A stretch of 64,000 nt of DNA from Lepidodermella squamata (taxonomy: Eukaryota; Animalia; Gastrotricha): NCBI GenBank assembly GCA_047495785.1, contig JBLDXI010000009.1:1550001-1614000 (forward strand). The letters are read 5' to 3'. Both the position numbers and the translations under genes were made by a program. Shown here piece by piece: positions 63,656 through 64,000 of the stretch. The notes beneath the pieces were generated by a model. The model ran no database searches, was not told where the DNA came from, and saw nothing but the letters and a program-made list of their open reading frames with translations. How positions within the stretch are numbered: the stretch's first letter is position 1; every line of letters begins with the position of its first letter.

Positions 63656-63880
63656 TCAGACGTCGACGTTCAGTCCAAGTAAGAACGAGTCAGTTACAAC
63701 AGCGAATCGGTTTCCGTGAGCCTTCGCGCCCGGATGACGCGTCGTGGCGTAAACGCCGCCAGGTAAATCACGGATCAAGGCCGAAACATTCAGGGACGAA
63801 CGATCGATACAGGCAGCTAAATTGTCGCTTGAGCCTGCAACCAATATGTACTGCTGGCCGAGCCAAGAAACGCAATAAGC
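63656..63880 (-). CDS. Last exon of a probable WD40/beta-propeller gene starting beyond the window
   Basis: Acceptor tttcag, then AYCVSWLGQQYILVAGSSDNLAACID... to TGA. Confidence 0.5.
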   Translation of the reverse strand, partial: AYCVSWLGQQYILVAGSSDNLAACIDRSSLNVSALIRDLPGGVYATTRHPGAKAHGNRFAVVTDSFLLGLNVDV

Positions 63881-64000
63881 CTGAAATTTAAAACAGTCCG
63901 ATTTTAGTATTTCGTTAGAAAAATTATACTTCCTTGTCCCCTTAATAGTTTTAGTGTTCTCTTGGGTTTTTCTTTAAGAATTTTAGAAGCACGCTTAGGA

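Overview
Eukaryotic, animal-type genomic DNA from a very compact genome with short GT-AG introns (mostly 40-70 nt). The organism cannot be identified from the sequence; it looks like a small invertebrate. Left part (+ strand): claudin-like membrane protein, RAB34/36, STK36/Fused, NSRP1 and a CDP-alcohol phosphatidyltransferase. 13.2-26.5 kb (- strand): a tandem array of 8 fatty-acid-binding-protein (FABP) genes plus one relic, interrupted by two intronless paralogous genes for an unrecognised multi-pass membrane protein. 26.7-28.9 kb: a cluster of MITEs and a LINE fragment. 30-52 kb: two divergent runs of housekeeping genes, WDR61-NAA10 (-) and TANGO6-TRMT112-[dead Helitron, LINE, MITE]-MED22-HDHD3-[dead copia]-POLR1H-URM1-HIRIP3-like (+). 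Their direct gaps are only 76-146 bp and each has an unpaired splice acceptor just before the ATG, the signature expected of spliced-leader trans-spliced operons. Right end (- strand): NRF-6-like relic, orphan secreted protein, ZYG11/ZER1-like, TRAF4-like and a WD40 last exon. Best leads: the operon-like architecture with TEs in the gaps, the FABP array with its embedded membrane-protein family, a TIR element carrying an inverted fragment of that family, and a CMC-type MITE carrying a tRNA-like Pol III promoter. All gene models were spliced by eye and no database searches were run.
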